In this document: in pieces, positions 1-9,841 of the stretch
How positions within the stretch are numbered: position 1 is the stretch's first letter
Layout of the letters: every line of letters starts with the position of its first letter
DNA from: an uncultured Verrucomicrobiae bacterium
GTDB taxonomy: Bacteria; Verrucomicrobiota; Verrucomicrobiia; Limisphaerales; Palsa-1400
Length of the DNA stretch: 64,000 bases
Assembly: GCA_963707025.1 (NCBI GenBank)
Contig: CAVPOM010000009.1
Span: 128,001-192,000, forward strand
Reading direction: 5' to 3'
Notes under the pieces: generated by a model
What the model saw: only the letters and a program-made list of their open reading frames with translations
The model's database searches: none
Told to the model about the DNA's origin: nothing
Program-made: the position numbers and the translations under genes

Positions 1-1066
1 CAATCTTTATCTGTTCCGCGTGGTCGGAATGACGGTGCCGTATCCGTATGGAGTAAGAATTGATTCCTCGCGCGACATTCGGTTCCGCAACGTCCATGTT
101 TACAGCCAGAGCAAGTTTTCTTTCGACAATCCAGTTTGGGTTTCGGACGACGGCCTGGCCATCCGCCAGCGGGAGATTGGCTCGTTAAATATCTCAGGCC
201 GTCCCTCCAAAACCAGCCAGCGCCCCCCGCCGGTGCTCCCGTCCGGGGCGAAGGTCGAGAAGCAGGTGGACGGATTCGAGAGCATTGACAACGCAGTGGC
301 GGACCCGGCGGGGAACGTTTGTTTTGTTGACAACCATGTGCAACACATTTACTGCTGGTATTCGGAAATCCGCAAGCTGACGCTGCTGCCCAACCCCCGG
401 CTGGAGGCGGCTGCGCTGGCGATGGATCGAGCCGGCCATCTCCTCGTGGTGTCACGCCGCGGCAATGTGTATGCCTTGAACCTGAAGGACACGAACGAAC
501 CTCCGGCGACGCTCCAACCCGCCGCCGCGTCGGCATGTCCGGGAATGACCGTGGTTGTGCCCGGCAACCGCTGGTATGACTGGCATACATTCGTCGAGGA
601 CAACCTGCGGAAAATGCCGAACCATTTTGTCTCGCCGGACGGAACGACCTTCATTGCCGCGCCCGACAACTTCCTGAGCAACAACGGACGGCCCCCCGGC
701 ATTCCGCCGATTGACCTGCTGCGAACCTACGGACTGACGACCGGTGACGCGGCGCATCCCGTTTACGTGGCGGATGAACACATGCACAAAACGTGGTCGT
801 TCACCGTCGGGCCGGACGGGACGCTTTCCCATCCCAAGCTTTTTGCCGAAGAAGGAGAGGCTGGCGCGGTGGTGGACGTGCGCGGGAATGTTTATGTCGC
901 GGCGGGAAATGTTTTTGTTTATGACGCCACCGGCAAGCAGATCGGATTGATCGAGGTGCCCGAGCGCCCAACGAGCCTTGTTTTCGGCGGGAAAGACCGC
1001 CAGACCCTTTTCATCGCCGCACGCAGTTCGCTTTACGCCATTCGCACCAAATTCAAGGGACTTTAA
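1..1066 (+). CDS. SMP-30/gluconolactonase beta-propeller domain protein, 5'-truncated by the window edge
   Basis: Frame is open to the window start. The C-terminal part has gluconolactonase-type motifs (GAVVDVRGNVYVAAG, IEVPERPTSLVFGGKDRQTLFI). Confidence 0.75.
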   Translation, partial: NLYLFRVVGMTVPYPYGVRIDSSRDIRFRNVHVYSQSKFSFDNPVWVSDDGLAIRQREIGSLNISGRPSKTSQRPPPVLPSGAKVEKQVDGFESIDNAVADPAGNVCFVDNHVQHIYCWYSEIRKLTLLPNPRLEAAALAMDRAGHLLVVSRRGNVYALNLKDTNEPPATLQPAAASACPGMTVVVPGNRWYDWHTFVEDNLRKMPNHFVSPDGTTFIAAPDNFLSNNGRPPGIPPIDLLRTYGLTTGDAAHPVYVADEHMHKTWSFTVGPDGTLSHPKLFAEEGEAGAVVDVRGNVYVAAGNVFVYDATGKQIGLIEVPERPTSLVFGGKDRQTLFIAARSSLYAIRTKFKGL

Positions 1067-1093
1067 TCGTATCAGTCAATAATTAGAAAACCC

Positions 1094-2533
1094 ATGCAAC
1101 CAAACCCAAAGAAATCCGCGGCAGTCATGTTTTTGACGCTGACATTGCTGTTCCGGACTGTGACGCTACCGGCTCAAATCAGTGTGTGGCTGACCGATCC
1201 GGACAAATCAATTCTGTTTCAGAATCAACCAGCCGGCCTGACCTTTGGCAAGGCGGCCGCTGTCATCCAGACCAACAGCAACAGTATGACCAACGCGAAT
1301 CAGACCATCGAAGTGGATGACTCCCAAACCTACCAAACCATGGATGGTTTTGGATGTTGCCTGACTGGAGGCAGTGCCTGGCACCTGATCCGGATGGACG
1401 GCCCCAGCCGCGCCGCCCTGTTGCAGGAAATGTTCGCGGCAGACAGCACCAATATCGGCATCAGCTATCTGCGGGTCAGCATCGGAGCCTCCGATCTGAA
1501 CGACCATGTATTCTCGTACGACGATTTGCCCGCTGGAGCAACGGATCCCGAGATGCGGAAATTCAGCCTGGGGCCAGACCGGGCCGATGTCATTCCTGTT
1601 CTAAGGGAAATTCTAGCCATCAATCCTGATATTAAAATTCTTGGCTCGCCCTGGTCACCGCCACCTTGGATGAAGGACACCAACGATACCCGGGGCGGCA
1701 GCTTGCAACCTCGATTCTATGACGCTTACGCCAAGTATTTCGTGAAGTATATCGAAGGAATGGAGGCCGAAGGAATCAGAATTGACGCGATCACCGTCCA
1801 AAATGAACCTTTGAATCCGAAGAACAATCCGAGCCTGTTGATGCCGGCGCAGGAACAAGCGGCCTTTATCAAGAATCATCTGGGTCCTGCCTTCAGGGCA
1901 GCCAAGATTACTGCCAAAATCATCTTATACGACCACAACTGCGACCATCCAGAATACCCCATTTCCATCCTAAACGACCCTGAAGCGGCAAAATATGTGG
2001 ACGGCTCGGCTTTTCATCTGTACGCGGGCAGTATTCAAGTTTTGTCAGACGTTCACAACGCGCATCCGGACAAGAACCTCTATTTCACGGAGCAGTGGAC
2101 AGGCGCCTCCGATACAATAAAGAGGGCGTTTGACAATCATGTCAGGAATTTGATCATCGGCGCGACACGCAACTGGAGCCGCAACGTGCTCGAATGGAAT
2201 CTGGCGGCGGATGCCAATTACCAGCCGCATACCGACCGAGGCGGATGCAGCCAATGCCAGGGCGCCATTACCATCGAAGGAAACAAGGTTTCCCGCAACG
2301 CGGCCTACTACATCCTGGCGCATGGGGCAAAGTTTATCCGGCCGGGTTCGGTTCGGATCAGCTCCAACAACCTGGATACTCTTGCCAACGTGGCTTTCAG
2401 GACACCTGACGGCAAAAAGGTTTTGGTGGTGCTCAATGGCAGCCGGTCTCCCCAAGCTTTCAAGATTCGTTTCGGAAGCCAGGTTGCTGAGGCCACGTTG
2501 AATGGCGGAGCCGTGGCAACCTGTGTTTGGTAG
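1094..2533 (+). CDS. Secreted glycoside hydrolase family 30 (glucosylceramidase / beta-1,6-glucanase type)
   Basis: Signal peptide; GH30 motifs YQTMDGFG, SPWSPPPWMK, ITVQNEP (acid/base) and LYFTEQ (nucleophile). Confidence 0.9.
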   Translation: MQPNPKKSAAVMFLTLTLLFRTVTLPAQISVWLTDPDKSILFQNQPAGLTFGKAAAVIQTNSNSMTNANQTIEVDDSQTYQTMDGFGCCLTGGSAWHLIRMDGPSRAALLQEMFAADSTNIGISYLRVSIGASDLNDHVFSYDDLPAGATDPEMRKFSLGPDRADVIPVLREILAINPDIKILGSPWSPPPWMKDTNDTRGGSLQPRFYDAYAKYFVKYIEGMEAEGIRIDAITVQNEPLNPKNNPSLLMPAQEQAAFIKNHLGPAFRAAKITAKIILYDHNCDHPEYPISILNDPEAAKYVDGSAFHLYAGSIQVLSDVHNAHPDKNLYFTEQWTGASDTIKRAFDNHVRNLIIGATRNWSRNVLEWNLAADANYQPHTDRGGCSQCQGAITIEGNKVSRNAAYYILAHGAKFIRPGSVRISSNNLDTLANVAFRTPDGKKVLVVLNGSRSPQAFKIRFGSQVAEATLNGGAVATCVW

Positions 2534-2897
2534 TGCATCACTTGGTTTGCTCTCTCGAGCTCTTCTTTAGCAGCGGAACTTCATCCGGGCTGGCCAGGCT
2601 TCTGCCCTTGCTCGGCAGCGCAGAGCTCTCGCGCTCCCAAGTCGAGGAGTTCGTGGCGGAGCTCTCGTGCGCCTACGACGTTGCGGTCGAGGTCCGGCGA
2701 ACGCCCGTGGTCGCGGACTGGAACGTCTCCCGTGAGGCCCGGGAGTTGGAGCGCGCCGGCGTCCGCGAACTCCTCGACGGCCACCACCGCGAAGCCCTTT
2801 ACCAAGTGATGCCCCTGCGGACGGTCGTGCAGGGGACCCGCAACCCGCATCACTGTAATGATGCCGGACGAGGATTGACCCTGCCCCAATAAATCGC

Positions 2898-2930
2898 GCC
2901 CCGCTCTTACGCGGGGCATTTTGTTTTCTT
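2898..2930 (+). terminator. Intrinsic terminator-like hairpin
   Basis: GCCCCGC-TCTTAC-GCGGGGC followed by ATTTTGTTTTCTT. Confidence 0.5.
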
Positions 2931-3200
2931 GGGGACTTGCGCCGTCCCCAAACCCCGGCGCCGGGCCTCACGCCGGCCCAGACCCGCGCCAGAGGTCAAG
3001 ACCTCATGGACTCCATGTCCGCTCGCGCTGGCTTTCACGCTCCGCGCCCTTTCCTTTCAACGGAAAGGAAATGGTCAAATTGAGCGCCACCTAATGAACC
3101 AACCAGTTTCGCCTCCGCTGCATTTGTGGATATTTGTCAAAAACCACACCTCGATAGTGTTCGCGGTCCACATACCGCGCATGGTATAGTCACCTCCAAA

Positions 3201-3520
3201 ATGCAACGCACCTCCAAAGTCCCGTTCATGCGATCGGCGGCTTTCCAGGAATTCATGGCCGAAAGCACCCGACGGCACAAGCTTTCGCCAGAAATATCAT
3301 CCGAAGATTATCTTGCCGCGAAACGAACCCAACTCGAACTCGAAATTGCTGGCAAGACGCTGATCTATTTCGACACCAATCATTTGGTGAACCTGCGGCA
3401 CGTCACGCTCAAAAATCGAAACGCTCTGCCAGCCTATGCAACCATGTTGGAACGATTAAAGGAGCTTCGCCGCGGCGGGAAAATTATCTGTCCTCTCAAC
3501 GGGACTTTATATGAGGAGTT
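3201..3520 (+). pseudogene. Truncated PIN-like domain protein
   Basis: IYFDTN motif. The frame runs into the antisense of the integrase fragment at about 3520. Confidence 0.4.
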
Positions 3521-3826
3521 GAGGTCAAACGCCTTGTCCTTCATCGCCCGCTGGCAACGGATCAACGTCGGCCCGGTCTTGGTTCGTGTCATCTCGTCCA
3601 TTGGCGCCTGCCAGGTGCGCTTGGCAATTTCCGGGTCGGTCGCGGTCAGGTACGTCCGGGCGATATGCAGATTGAGGATGGGCTGCCGGTGGGCCTCGTT
3701 TTTGGAATGCAGAAGGGTGAGGGCCTCGGCTTCGTCCTTGGTGCGGAGACTGGTTTGTTGGCGGGTGGTCGTGTCCTCGCTATAGTAAATTCCCGCTCGC
3801 CGGAACATGATGAATTTTTGTTTCAT
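3521..3826 (-). pseudogene. N-terminal fragment of a tyrosine recombinase/integrase
   Basis: MKQKFIMFRRAGIYYSEDTTTRQQTSLRTKDEAEA... resembles the N-terminus of a Verrucomicrobia integrase family (recalled). The catalytic domain is absent, and the fragment lies next to an att-like site. Confidence 0.65.
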
Positions 3827-4006
3827 ATCTGATTCACTGAATCGTGAACCAGTCCAGGCACTTCGCGTTAGCGAGTAGTGGGCGAGTTTCAGCGGAGTAC
3901 TGGCGAATTGTGGCGAATTGTTCTGCCGCGCCTCAATTCACTGACACTTTCACTGACAGTGGCCGTTCCAACTTTCGCAACTCCTTGATGCTCCCACAGT
4001 TGGGAG

Positions 4007-4027
4007 TGGAGGCGGGGGTCGGAATTG
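4007..4027 (-). mobile_element. att core: duplicated 3' end of a tRNA, probably tRNA-Cys
   Basis: Minus strand CAATT-CCGAC-CCCCGCC-T-CCA = T-loop remnant, T-stem 3' strand, acceptor 3' strand, U discriminator and CCA. Flanked by paired 10-bp direct repeats. Confidence 0.7.
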
Positions 4028-4623
4028 CTCTGCGAAACCCGCTATTTAGGCATAAAATAGCATGTTCTTCCGAGGAATCAAGCAGAATCCGGTCGTATCC
4101 GTTTTTAATCCGTTCTAATCATTTTGGTGCATGTTTTGGTGCATATATTTACGCTAACTTTTCTCAGGTTTTGCGCGAGAAACCGTAGATTCTTGGGGAG
4201 TTCCCTGAAGCCGCGCCAGCAGCCCCAAAAATCTGTTCTTGGTCCTGTTGTTCACTGACCGCCATCCCCAATGCTTTCCTCTGCCCGATGAGCACCGCTG
4301 GCTTTTTTCCCATGTGCCCCCCTCCTTCCAATTTGAATGCTTTCGCGGAACGCTTTGTCAGGGCAAGCACGGTATTTCTAACAAATCCCTTGTCAGGGGA
4401 TTTGTTCTATAATAGAACGCCGCCATGAAACAAAACCTCGGGAGGTTGGAAGCGCAGTTTTTCGCGTACGTCCACCGTCGGACAGGTTTTCAAAAATGCT
4501 CTCCTGCCGCAGCGTCCCGACCCGTACTGGTCGTAATAAATAACCGTGTCACCCTCAATGGCGTCAATCTGTCGGATGAAGAGTTGATTTATGTGAAGAT
4601 AGCCGGAGGCGGTCGTTGGTTTT

Positions 4624-5712
4624 TCAGGCATGGCCTTCCTTTCTTAATACTTTTGCACGCAATTGTTCAGCCGCTTCGGCGGATCGCTCGGGCTGATCCT
4701 TCAAATCCATGTACAACTGCACCGGGTGAACACAGCGGATGCCGCCGCGCTCTGCTGCGCCATCGAAAACGCCTTCGTCGTTCGGCACCATCAGCCAGAC
4801 ATTCTCGCCTTTTTGCTCGTCGTGAAAGCCCATTTCCTGCCTCGCCTCCGCGGACGGCATTTGGCCCACATAGAAAACCACCAGCCGAAAGCCGGCAAAC
4901 TGGTTAAGCAACCACGCCCCCGCCAACCCAGTGACCGCGTGGTTCAGCTTGTCGCGTTTCAATTGATCCGACACCCGGCGCAGAATCTCATCACCCGACC
5001 GGGCAGCGACATGACCCCGCACGATGTGGTGCTTGGAGAAATCGTAAGCCTCGCGCCAGGCATCCAACAGCGCATCGTAATCGGCGACCTTCAGTTCACC
5101 GGCGGCATCACGCGCCACCAGGTGCTGTTCTTCCAGATGCCGGACGATGCGGCTCGTAAACCCCTCATCCAATCCGGTCGCCTTTGCCAATGCCCGCTGG
5201 CTGAACCTGCTCTCTGGTTCGATCAAAAACCGGCGCACAATCCGCGCGCTCTTGGGCGCGAAAACACTACGGGGCCGGCCAGGTCGCTTGAATTGGTTTG
5301 GCTTGCCTTCGATGGTCACCCGCAACCCTGGCGCGACCAAATATGCATTGCCTGACAAATCCAGCCAGCAAACCTCCGCTTCCTTGCAAAACCGCTGCCC
5401 CACTTCACCCATGTAGGGCACGGCAACCAACGGAATGCTTTTCTTTTTCCATCGCGCCGCGAACTGCTGCGCCGCGCGCGCTGCCATCGCGACCGCCGCC
5501 GCCTGGCCGGTAGTTTTCCATTCCACAATGAATTTGAATTCCCCCACCGCGACCAGTAAATCCGCCTGCACCGGCTTTCCGCGACCGGCGGCGGGCTGCC
5601 GGTGAACCTTGATACGGTTCAGCGGCACGGCAAGCAGTTCCGCCAGCCGTTTCGGCACATCTTCCTCCAGCCGTTGACTCAATGCTCGATTCACATTGTT
5701 CAAATACCACAA
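4624..5712 (-). CDS. Type IV toxin-antitoxin AbiEi-like antitoxin / winged-HTH regulator
   Basis: N-terminal nuclease-like fold (ADLL..FIVEWK), HTH (FSQRALAKATGLDEGFTSRIV) and C-terminal VHPVQLYMDL..PERSAEAAE typical of AbiEi_2-like proteins. Confidence 0.65.
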   Translation of the reverse strand: MWYLNNVNRALSQRLEEDVPKRLAELLAVPLNRIKVHRQPAAGRGKPVQADLLVAVGEFKFIVEWKTTGQAAAVAMAARAAQQFAARWKKKSIPLVAVPYMGEVGQRFCKEAEVCWLDLSGNAYLVAPGLRVTIEGKPNQFKRPGRPRSVFAPKSARIVRRFLIEPESRFSQRALAKATGLDEGFTSRIVRHLEEQHLVARDAAGELKVADYDALLDAWREAYDFSKHHIVRGHVAARSGDEILRRVSDQLKRDKLNHAVTGLAGAWLLNQFAGFRLVVFYVGQMPSAEARQEMGFHDEQKGENVWLMVPNDEGVFDGAAERGGIRCVHPVQLYMDLKDQPERSAEAAEQLRAKVLRKEGHA

Positions 5713-5814
5713 CTTGATCCAATGGTCAAGCTAGCCAATTTAAGCAAGTTCCTCACTACTCCTGGCGGAAGCTTGCCAAGGCGCTCGTTTGGTGCAATCA
5801 CATGAATTCAAAAA

Positions 5815-6352
5815 ATGAACGCCGACAAAAGATCAATGGCCGGAACTGAAGTCCGGGAAAAGCTGCTGAAAATCGCTGCTGAGATCGCGGAGCGCGGCAA
5901 CGCAAACCTTACCAGGCTGACGGTCCTGAAGAAGTGGTTTGGTCACGCGGGGAGACTGCCTCCGTTCGCCATCTGGGTGGCAAGTCGGGCCATCTCGGGC
6001 AAGGGCAAAACCGGGGTTGAAGCGACCGAGCTTTTCCGCCAGGCGCGAGCACTGCTGGCCAAGGTGAATCCATATGCCCCCAAAGTGGATCGTAAATCGG
6101 CAAAGGTGCTGCACGATCGGCTTCAGACGTTCCAAAATGAATACAAAAACCAGGAATGGGGCCCGGTGCGCATCATCCACAACTGGGACCTCCTGCTCGT
6201 GGAGCAGGCGCTGACCATCTGCGTCTGGTATTCTGACTCGCCCGCCCACGGCTACAAACTGGCGGCGGATTATTGCCAGCATTACGATTCCCGCCACGGC
6301 AACGGTCTGAACGGACCCAGCCGCACGAAAATCGAAGAGATGGCCCGCTTCG
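5815..6352 (+). pseudogene. Hypothetical protein interrupted near its C-terminus by the IS21-family element (native end at 10039-10076)
   Basis: Removing the element and one CGCTTCG restores ...EEMARFVNKLEEMQEKRR*, whose TGA overlaps the ATG at 10073. Confidence 0.75.
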
Positions 6353-6433
6353 TGTGGGCGGCGGCGAGGACGGGATGCAAAACGGGCGGTTGACAACGGA
6401 TCGGTTGTTGCATGATTAAAAGGGTAACATTAT

Positions 6434-6748
6434 ATGCTCACGTTTGCTCAAGCGTTGGAGTTGGCCGAGACCTGGATTAGGATCGTCACGGGAGATCAGG
6501 CTATTGTGGTCAAAGAGGACACGCTCAAACGACCCTACGGGTGGGTTTTCTTTTACCAGAGTCGTAAATACTTGGCCTCTGGCGAGACGCGGGATAGGCT
6601 GGCAGGGAACGCGCCCATTTTAATTGATCGAGTGAACGCCGAGCTTCGAGTCACTGGCACGGCGCACTCGATTGAGAAGTATTTGGCGGACTACGAAGCG
6701 ACGATCCCGGCGGCGCGGAAGCAAATGAGCCCACCGAAAGAGCCGTGA
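6434..6748 (+). CDS. YrhB / Imm35 family immunity protein (passenger inside the IS21 element)
   Basis: PYGWVFFYQS...LAGNAPILIDR..G/A.L..TGTA motif. Confidence 0.8.
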   Translation: MLTFAQALELAETWIRIVTGDQAIVVKEDTLKRPYGWVFFYQSRKYLASGETRDRLAGNAPILIDRVNAELRVTGTAHSIEKYLADYEATIPAARKQMSPPKEP

Positions 6749-6758
6749 GTGCGGGATG

Positions 6759-7502
6759 TTAGGGTGTTTCGATCTGATCCTTCATACGGTAACTCCGGCC
6801 TTCCACGATCACCGTTTCGGCGTGGTGCAGGAGCCGGTCCAGCACGGCGCTGGTCAGGGTGCTGTCGTTGTTGAAGATTTTGGGCCAGTTTTTATAGGGC
6901 TGGTTGGTCGTGACGATGGTCGAACCGGTCTCGTAACGCTGGCTGAAGACTTGGAAGAGCAAATCGGCGCCGGTTTTATCGATCGGCAAATATCCAAGCT
7001 CGTCAATACAAATTATGCTGGGGCTCATGTATTTCTTGAGTTCGGCTTTGAGGCGGTGGGTGGATTGGGCCGCCGCCAGAGTGTTGACGATGTCGATGGC
7101 GGTGGTGAACAGCACCGTGTGGCCGGCCAGACAGCCCTCATAGGCCAGCGCGGTCGCCAAGTGGCTCTTTCCGAGGCCGGCGCCGCCCATGAAAATGACA
7201 TTGGCCTTGGCCTTGAGGAAGGAGAGGCGGAAGAGATTTTGCACTTGGGTTCGATTGATTTTCTTGGGCCAAGTCCAGTTGAACTGTTCGAGGGTTTTAA
7301 TGACCGGAAAGCGCGCCGCCTGGATGCGGCGCTGGGTCGCCCGGTCCTTCCGCCGGAGGGCTTCGCCTTCGGCCAGGCGGCTTAGAAAGTCCAGTTGCGT
7401 CCAGTTTTTCTCCGCCGCCTCTTGGGCCAGGGCTTGGTGGTGCTCCTGAAAATAGGAGAGTTTGAGGTAAAACAAATGCGTCACAAGTTGATCGTCGTTC
7501 AT
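6759..7502 (-). CDS. istB: IS21 helper ATPase IstB
   Basis: Walker A GGAGLGKS, Walker B ICIDELGY, DRLLHHA. ATGA overlap with the istA stop. Confidence 0.95.
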   Translation of the reverse strand: MNDDQLVTHLFYLKLSYFQEHHQALAQEAAEKNWTQLDFLSRLAEGEALRRKDRATQRRIQAARFPVIKTLEQFNWTWPKKINRTQVQNLFRLSFLKAKANVIFMGGAGLGKSHLATALAYEGCLAGHTVLFTTAIDIVNTLAAAQSTHRLKAELKKYMSPSIICIDELGYLPIDKTGADLLFQVFSQRYETGSTIVTTNQPYKNWPKIFNNDSTLTSAVLDRLLHHAETVIVEGRSYRMKDQIETP

Positions 7503-8977
7503 GGGTTGGGTGGAGAGTCGGGTTGGTTCTTGGAGTCGTAAAGAGAGAGGTCTGGCGCGGGCAGATCCAACTCCAGCAGGTCTTGTTGCCGAGTCAGGTG
7601 CAACGCGCCGGGTTCCTCGGGCGGATGCTGGCGTTGCTGTAAAAGGTTGGCGATGTATTCGCAGGAAAAAGCCTGATAGGTGAAGGCGTCTTCCATGGCG
7701 CGAGCGACCGCTTCGACGCCATAAAGCTCGCTCAAGGCGACGATCTTCTGGACGTGATGTTTGGGATTGAGACGCCGCTGTTCCAGTTGCTGATAGTAAT
7801 CGTCGGCCTTGGGGCACAGGGCCAAAAAGCGCAGGTAGAGCTTTTGCTCGCGTGCCTTTTTACGGTGCAAGAGCAAGGGCGCCACATGGTCGGGCAACTC
7901 GTAGTCCTGGTTGCGGTCGTAACGGCGCACATGTTCGGCCACCAGCTTCTCCTGGTCATAAACCAGGAGCCGGTCGGCGAACCGTTTCAAGGTGAGCTGG
8001 CTCGACGCATACTGGCAGGGGACCGAATAACGGTTGCCATCAACGATGATGCGGAACTGACTGTTGACCCGGACGGGGCCTACGACGGCCGCCTCATAAG
8101 GCAGCGGATGGAGGGGCTTGAGGTTTTCCTGGGTGAAGAGTTCCTGGGGCGTTTTTTGGGTCTGACCGTGAACCCGGATATTGGCCACCGTGTCCAACCA
8201 ATAGCGCGCCGCCGGATTAACGGCTTGAAAATCCGAGAGTTGCAGACCGTTGAGGAAGTTCTTTTTGACATATCCCACGCCATTCTCGACGCGCCCTTTT
8301 TCCTGGGGCTGAGATGGGCCACAGGCTCTGATTTGAAAACCGTGATGGTTGGCAAAATCCAAGTAACGCGGGTTGAACGTGATCGAGGTGCCGACCCGGC
8401 TCAAGACGGCGACCTTGCAGTTATCGACCCAAACCTGGCACACCACCCCACCGAAGTATTCCAGGGCGTGCTGGTGGCAGGCCAGAAAATGCTCCATCGT
8501 TTCGGCCAGCGTGAACTCCAGATACATTTTGCGGCTGAAGGCCAGCACCATGATAAAAAAGGACAGGCGGCGCTGGGTGGATCCCACCGGGACCGAACCG
8601 GCGCATCCCCAGTCCACTTGGGCGCACTCTCCGGGTTCAAAGTGGAGCGTCAGGAAAGCCGGCCGCGGTTTGGGGCGCACCTGGCGCACGAACTCCTTGA
8701 GGATGGTGTAGCGTCCCTGGAAGCCCCGCTCCTTGAGTTGCTGGAAAATCTGCTGGGCCGAGTAAGCATGTTGTTCCAACAGGCGGACGATGTTGCCCTT
8801 GAACGGATCAAGTTTGCTGGGGCGCTGAGGGATGGCGGCGGGCTTAAAACTCTCCCGCCCGGCCCATTTGCGGACGGTGTTCAAACCCAGTTTGAGTTCG
8901 CGGGCGATCTGCCGCAGGCCCAGCTTCTTTTCGGTGAACAACTGCCGAATCTGGCAATAGGTTTGATAATCGATCAT
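7499..8977 (-). CDS. istA: IS21 transposase IstA
   Basis: N-terminal HTH; PGECAQVDWG, VDN and KGRVE form the DDE motifs. Confidence 0.95.
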   Translation of the reverse strand: MIDYQTYCQIRQLFTEKKLGLRQIARELKLGLNTVRKWAGRESFKPAAIPQRPSKLDPFKGNIVRLLEQHAYSAQQIFQQLKERGFQGRYTILKEFVRQVRPKPRPAFLTLHFEPGECAQVDWGCAGSVPVGSTQRRLSFFIMVLAFSRKMYLEFTLAETMEHFLACHQHALEYFGGVVCQVWVDNCKVAVLSRVGTSITFNPRYLDFANHHGFQIRACGPSQPQEKGRVENGVGYVKKNFLNGLQLSDFQAVNPAARYWLDTVANIRVHGQTQKTPQELFTQENLKPLHPLPYEAAVVGPVRVNSQFRIIVDGNRYSVPCQYASSQLTLKRFADRLLVYDQEKLVAEHVRRYDRNQDYELPDHVAPLLLHRKKAREQKLYLRFLALCPKADDYYQQLEQRRLNPKHHVQKIVALSELYGVEAVARAMEDAFTYQAFSCEYIANLLQQRQHPPEEPGALHLTRQQDLLELDLPAPDLSLYDSKNQPDSPPNP

Positions 8978-9345
8978 GCCGCACCTCCCAGCGCCTTGCG
9001 CAAAATGTCCCCCACGCTGACCGGGCCCGACCGGTCTCCGCTGACGGGTTCCAAGCTCAGGACCTGGTAAAGAGGTTTTTCATAGGCAATCAGCCCGGCT
9101 TGGACCAATTGCTGGCGGCTGGCCGAAAGACCCACCTGATCTATTTTCAAGCGCCGCATCAGCGAGGCGTCGGAGTAGTAGCTCAGTCCCTCGACGTCGG
9201 CCACGCTGGTCAGGAACAGGTAGAGCGCCCAAGCCGCGTGATCACACCGGAGGAAGTAGTTTTCCCGCACCAGCCGGTGATCGATCCAGCTGAACTGGGG
9301 CGGGACTTTCCGGAGCCGCTCCGGATTGAGGACACGTTTTTTCAT
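8974..9345 (-). CDS. Small winged-HTH-like accessory protein of the IS21 element
   Basis: FSWIDHRL...ALYLFL..VAD..GLSYYSD..L...L pattern. Stop overlaps the istA start. Confidence 0.7.
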   Translation of the reverse strand: MKKRVLNPERLRKVPPQFSWIDHRLVRENYFLRCDHAAWALYLFLTSVADVEGLSYYSDASLMRRLKIDQVGLSASRQQLVQAGLIAYEKPLYQVLSLEPVSGDRSGPVSVGDILRKALGGAA

Positions 9346-9841
9346 GCAATAATCTTTCAAGGTTCATGCCGGGCACCATGCCCAGAATGTCGTGTCCCTT
9401 GCTTACCAAGCGCCGGGCACTGGTGGCGATGTCGTCTTGCAAGGTACTGCCGACGAACATGGAGATAAGCCCCACAAACAGAGGCACTTGCATCGAACAG
9501 AGGTCTTGTAAGGTACAGTCGGGAGCATTTTTCGCAACTTCTTGTGGCGCAGGAACTTGCTGCGAACAGCCGTCTTGTAAGGTACGGCACCGGTAGCGAG
9601 CGGTGTTTTTCCAGTAGCCCGGGTGCTCCTTCTGCCAGTCGCGGGCTCGCTGGGCGTTCTCCTCATCCCGGAAGTAATTTTCGTTCTCCGGCTTGGCCAG
9701 CCATGCCCGCATGAGCTCGCGTTTTCTGGCCTTGCGGCAGTCGGGTTTGAGGCAATAGCACTGGCGTTGTCCACCCCGGTAATCGGGAAGAAAAAGTTCG
9801 TTGCAGTGCAAGCACTTGCGTCGGGGTTGCGGCGGCTTCAT
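9242..9841 (-). CDS. Cys-rich (putative Zn-binding) accessory protein of the IS21 element
   Basis: CLHC...YCLKPDC followed by a basic helix and W..EHPGYW. First ORF inside the element end. Confidence 0.65.
   Translation of the reverse strand: MKPPQPRRKCLHCNELFLPDYRGGQRQCYCLKPDCRKARKRELMRAWLAKPENENYFRDEENAQRARDWQKEHPGYWKNTARYRCRTLQDGCSQQVPAPQEVAKNAPDCTLQDLCSMQVPLFVGLISMFVGSTLQDDIATSARRLVSKGHDILGMVPGMNLERLLHEKTCPQSGAAPESPAPVQLDRSPAGAGKLLPPV

Noticed and set aside
2527..2892. Intact gene after GH30
   Set aside because: The middle looks like a coding fragment, but there is no credible start or recognisable family; probably island debris.
3990..4080. Complete tRNA gene
   Set aside because: Only the last 21 nt are tRNA-like; there is no D arm, anticodon arm or 5' acceptor strand.
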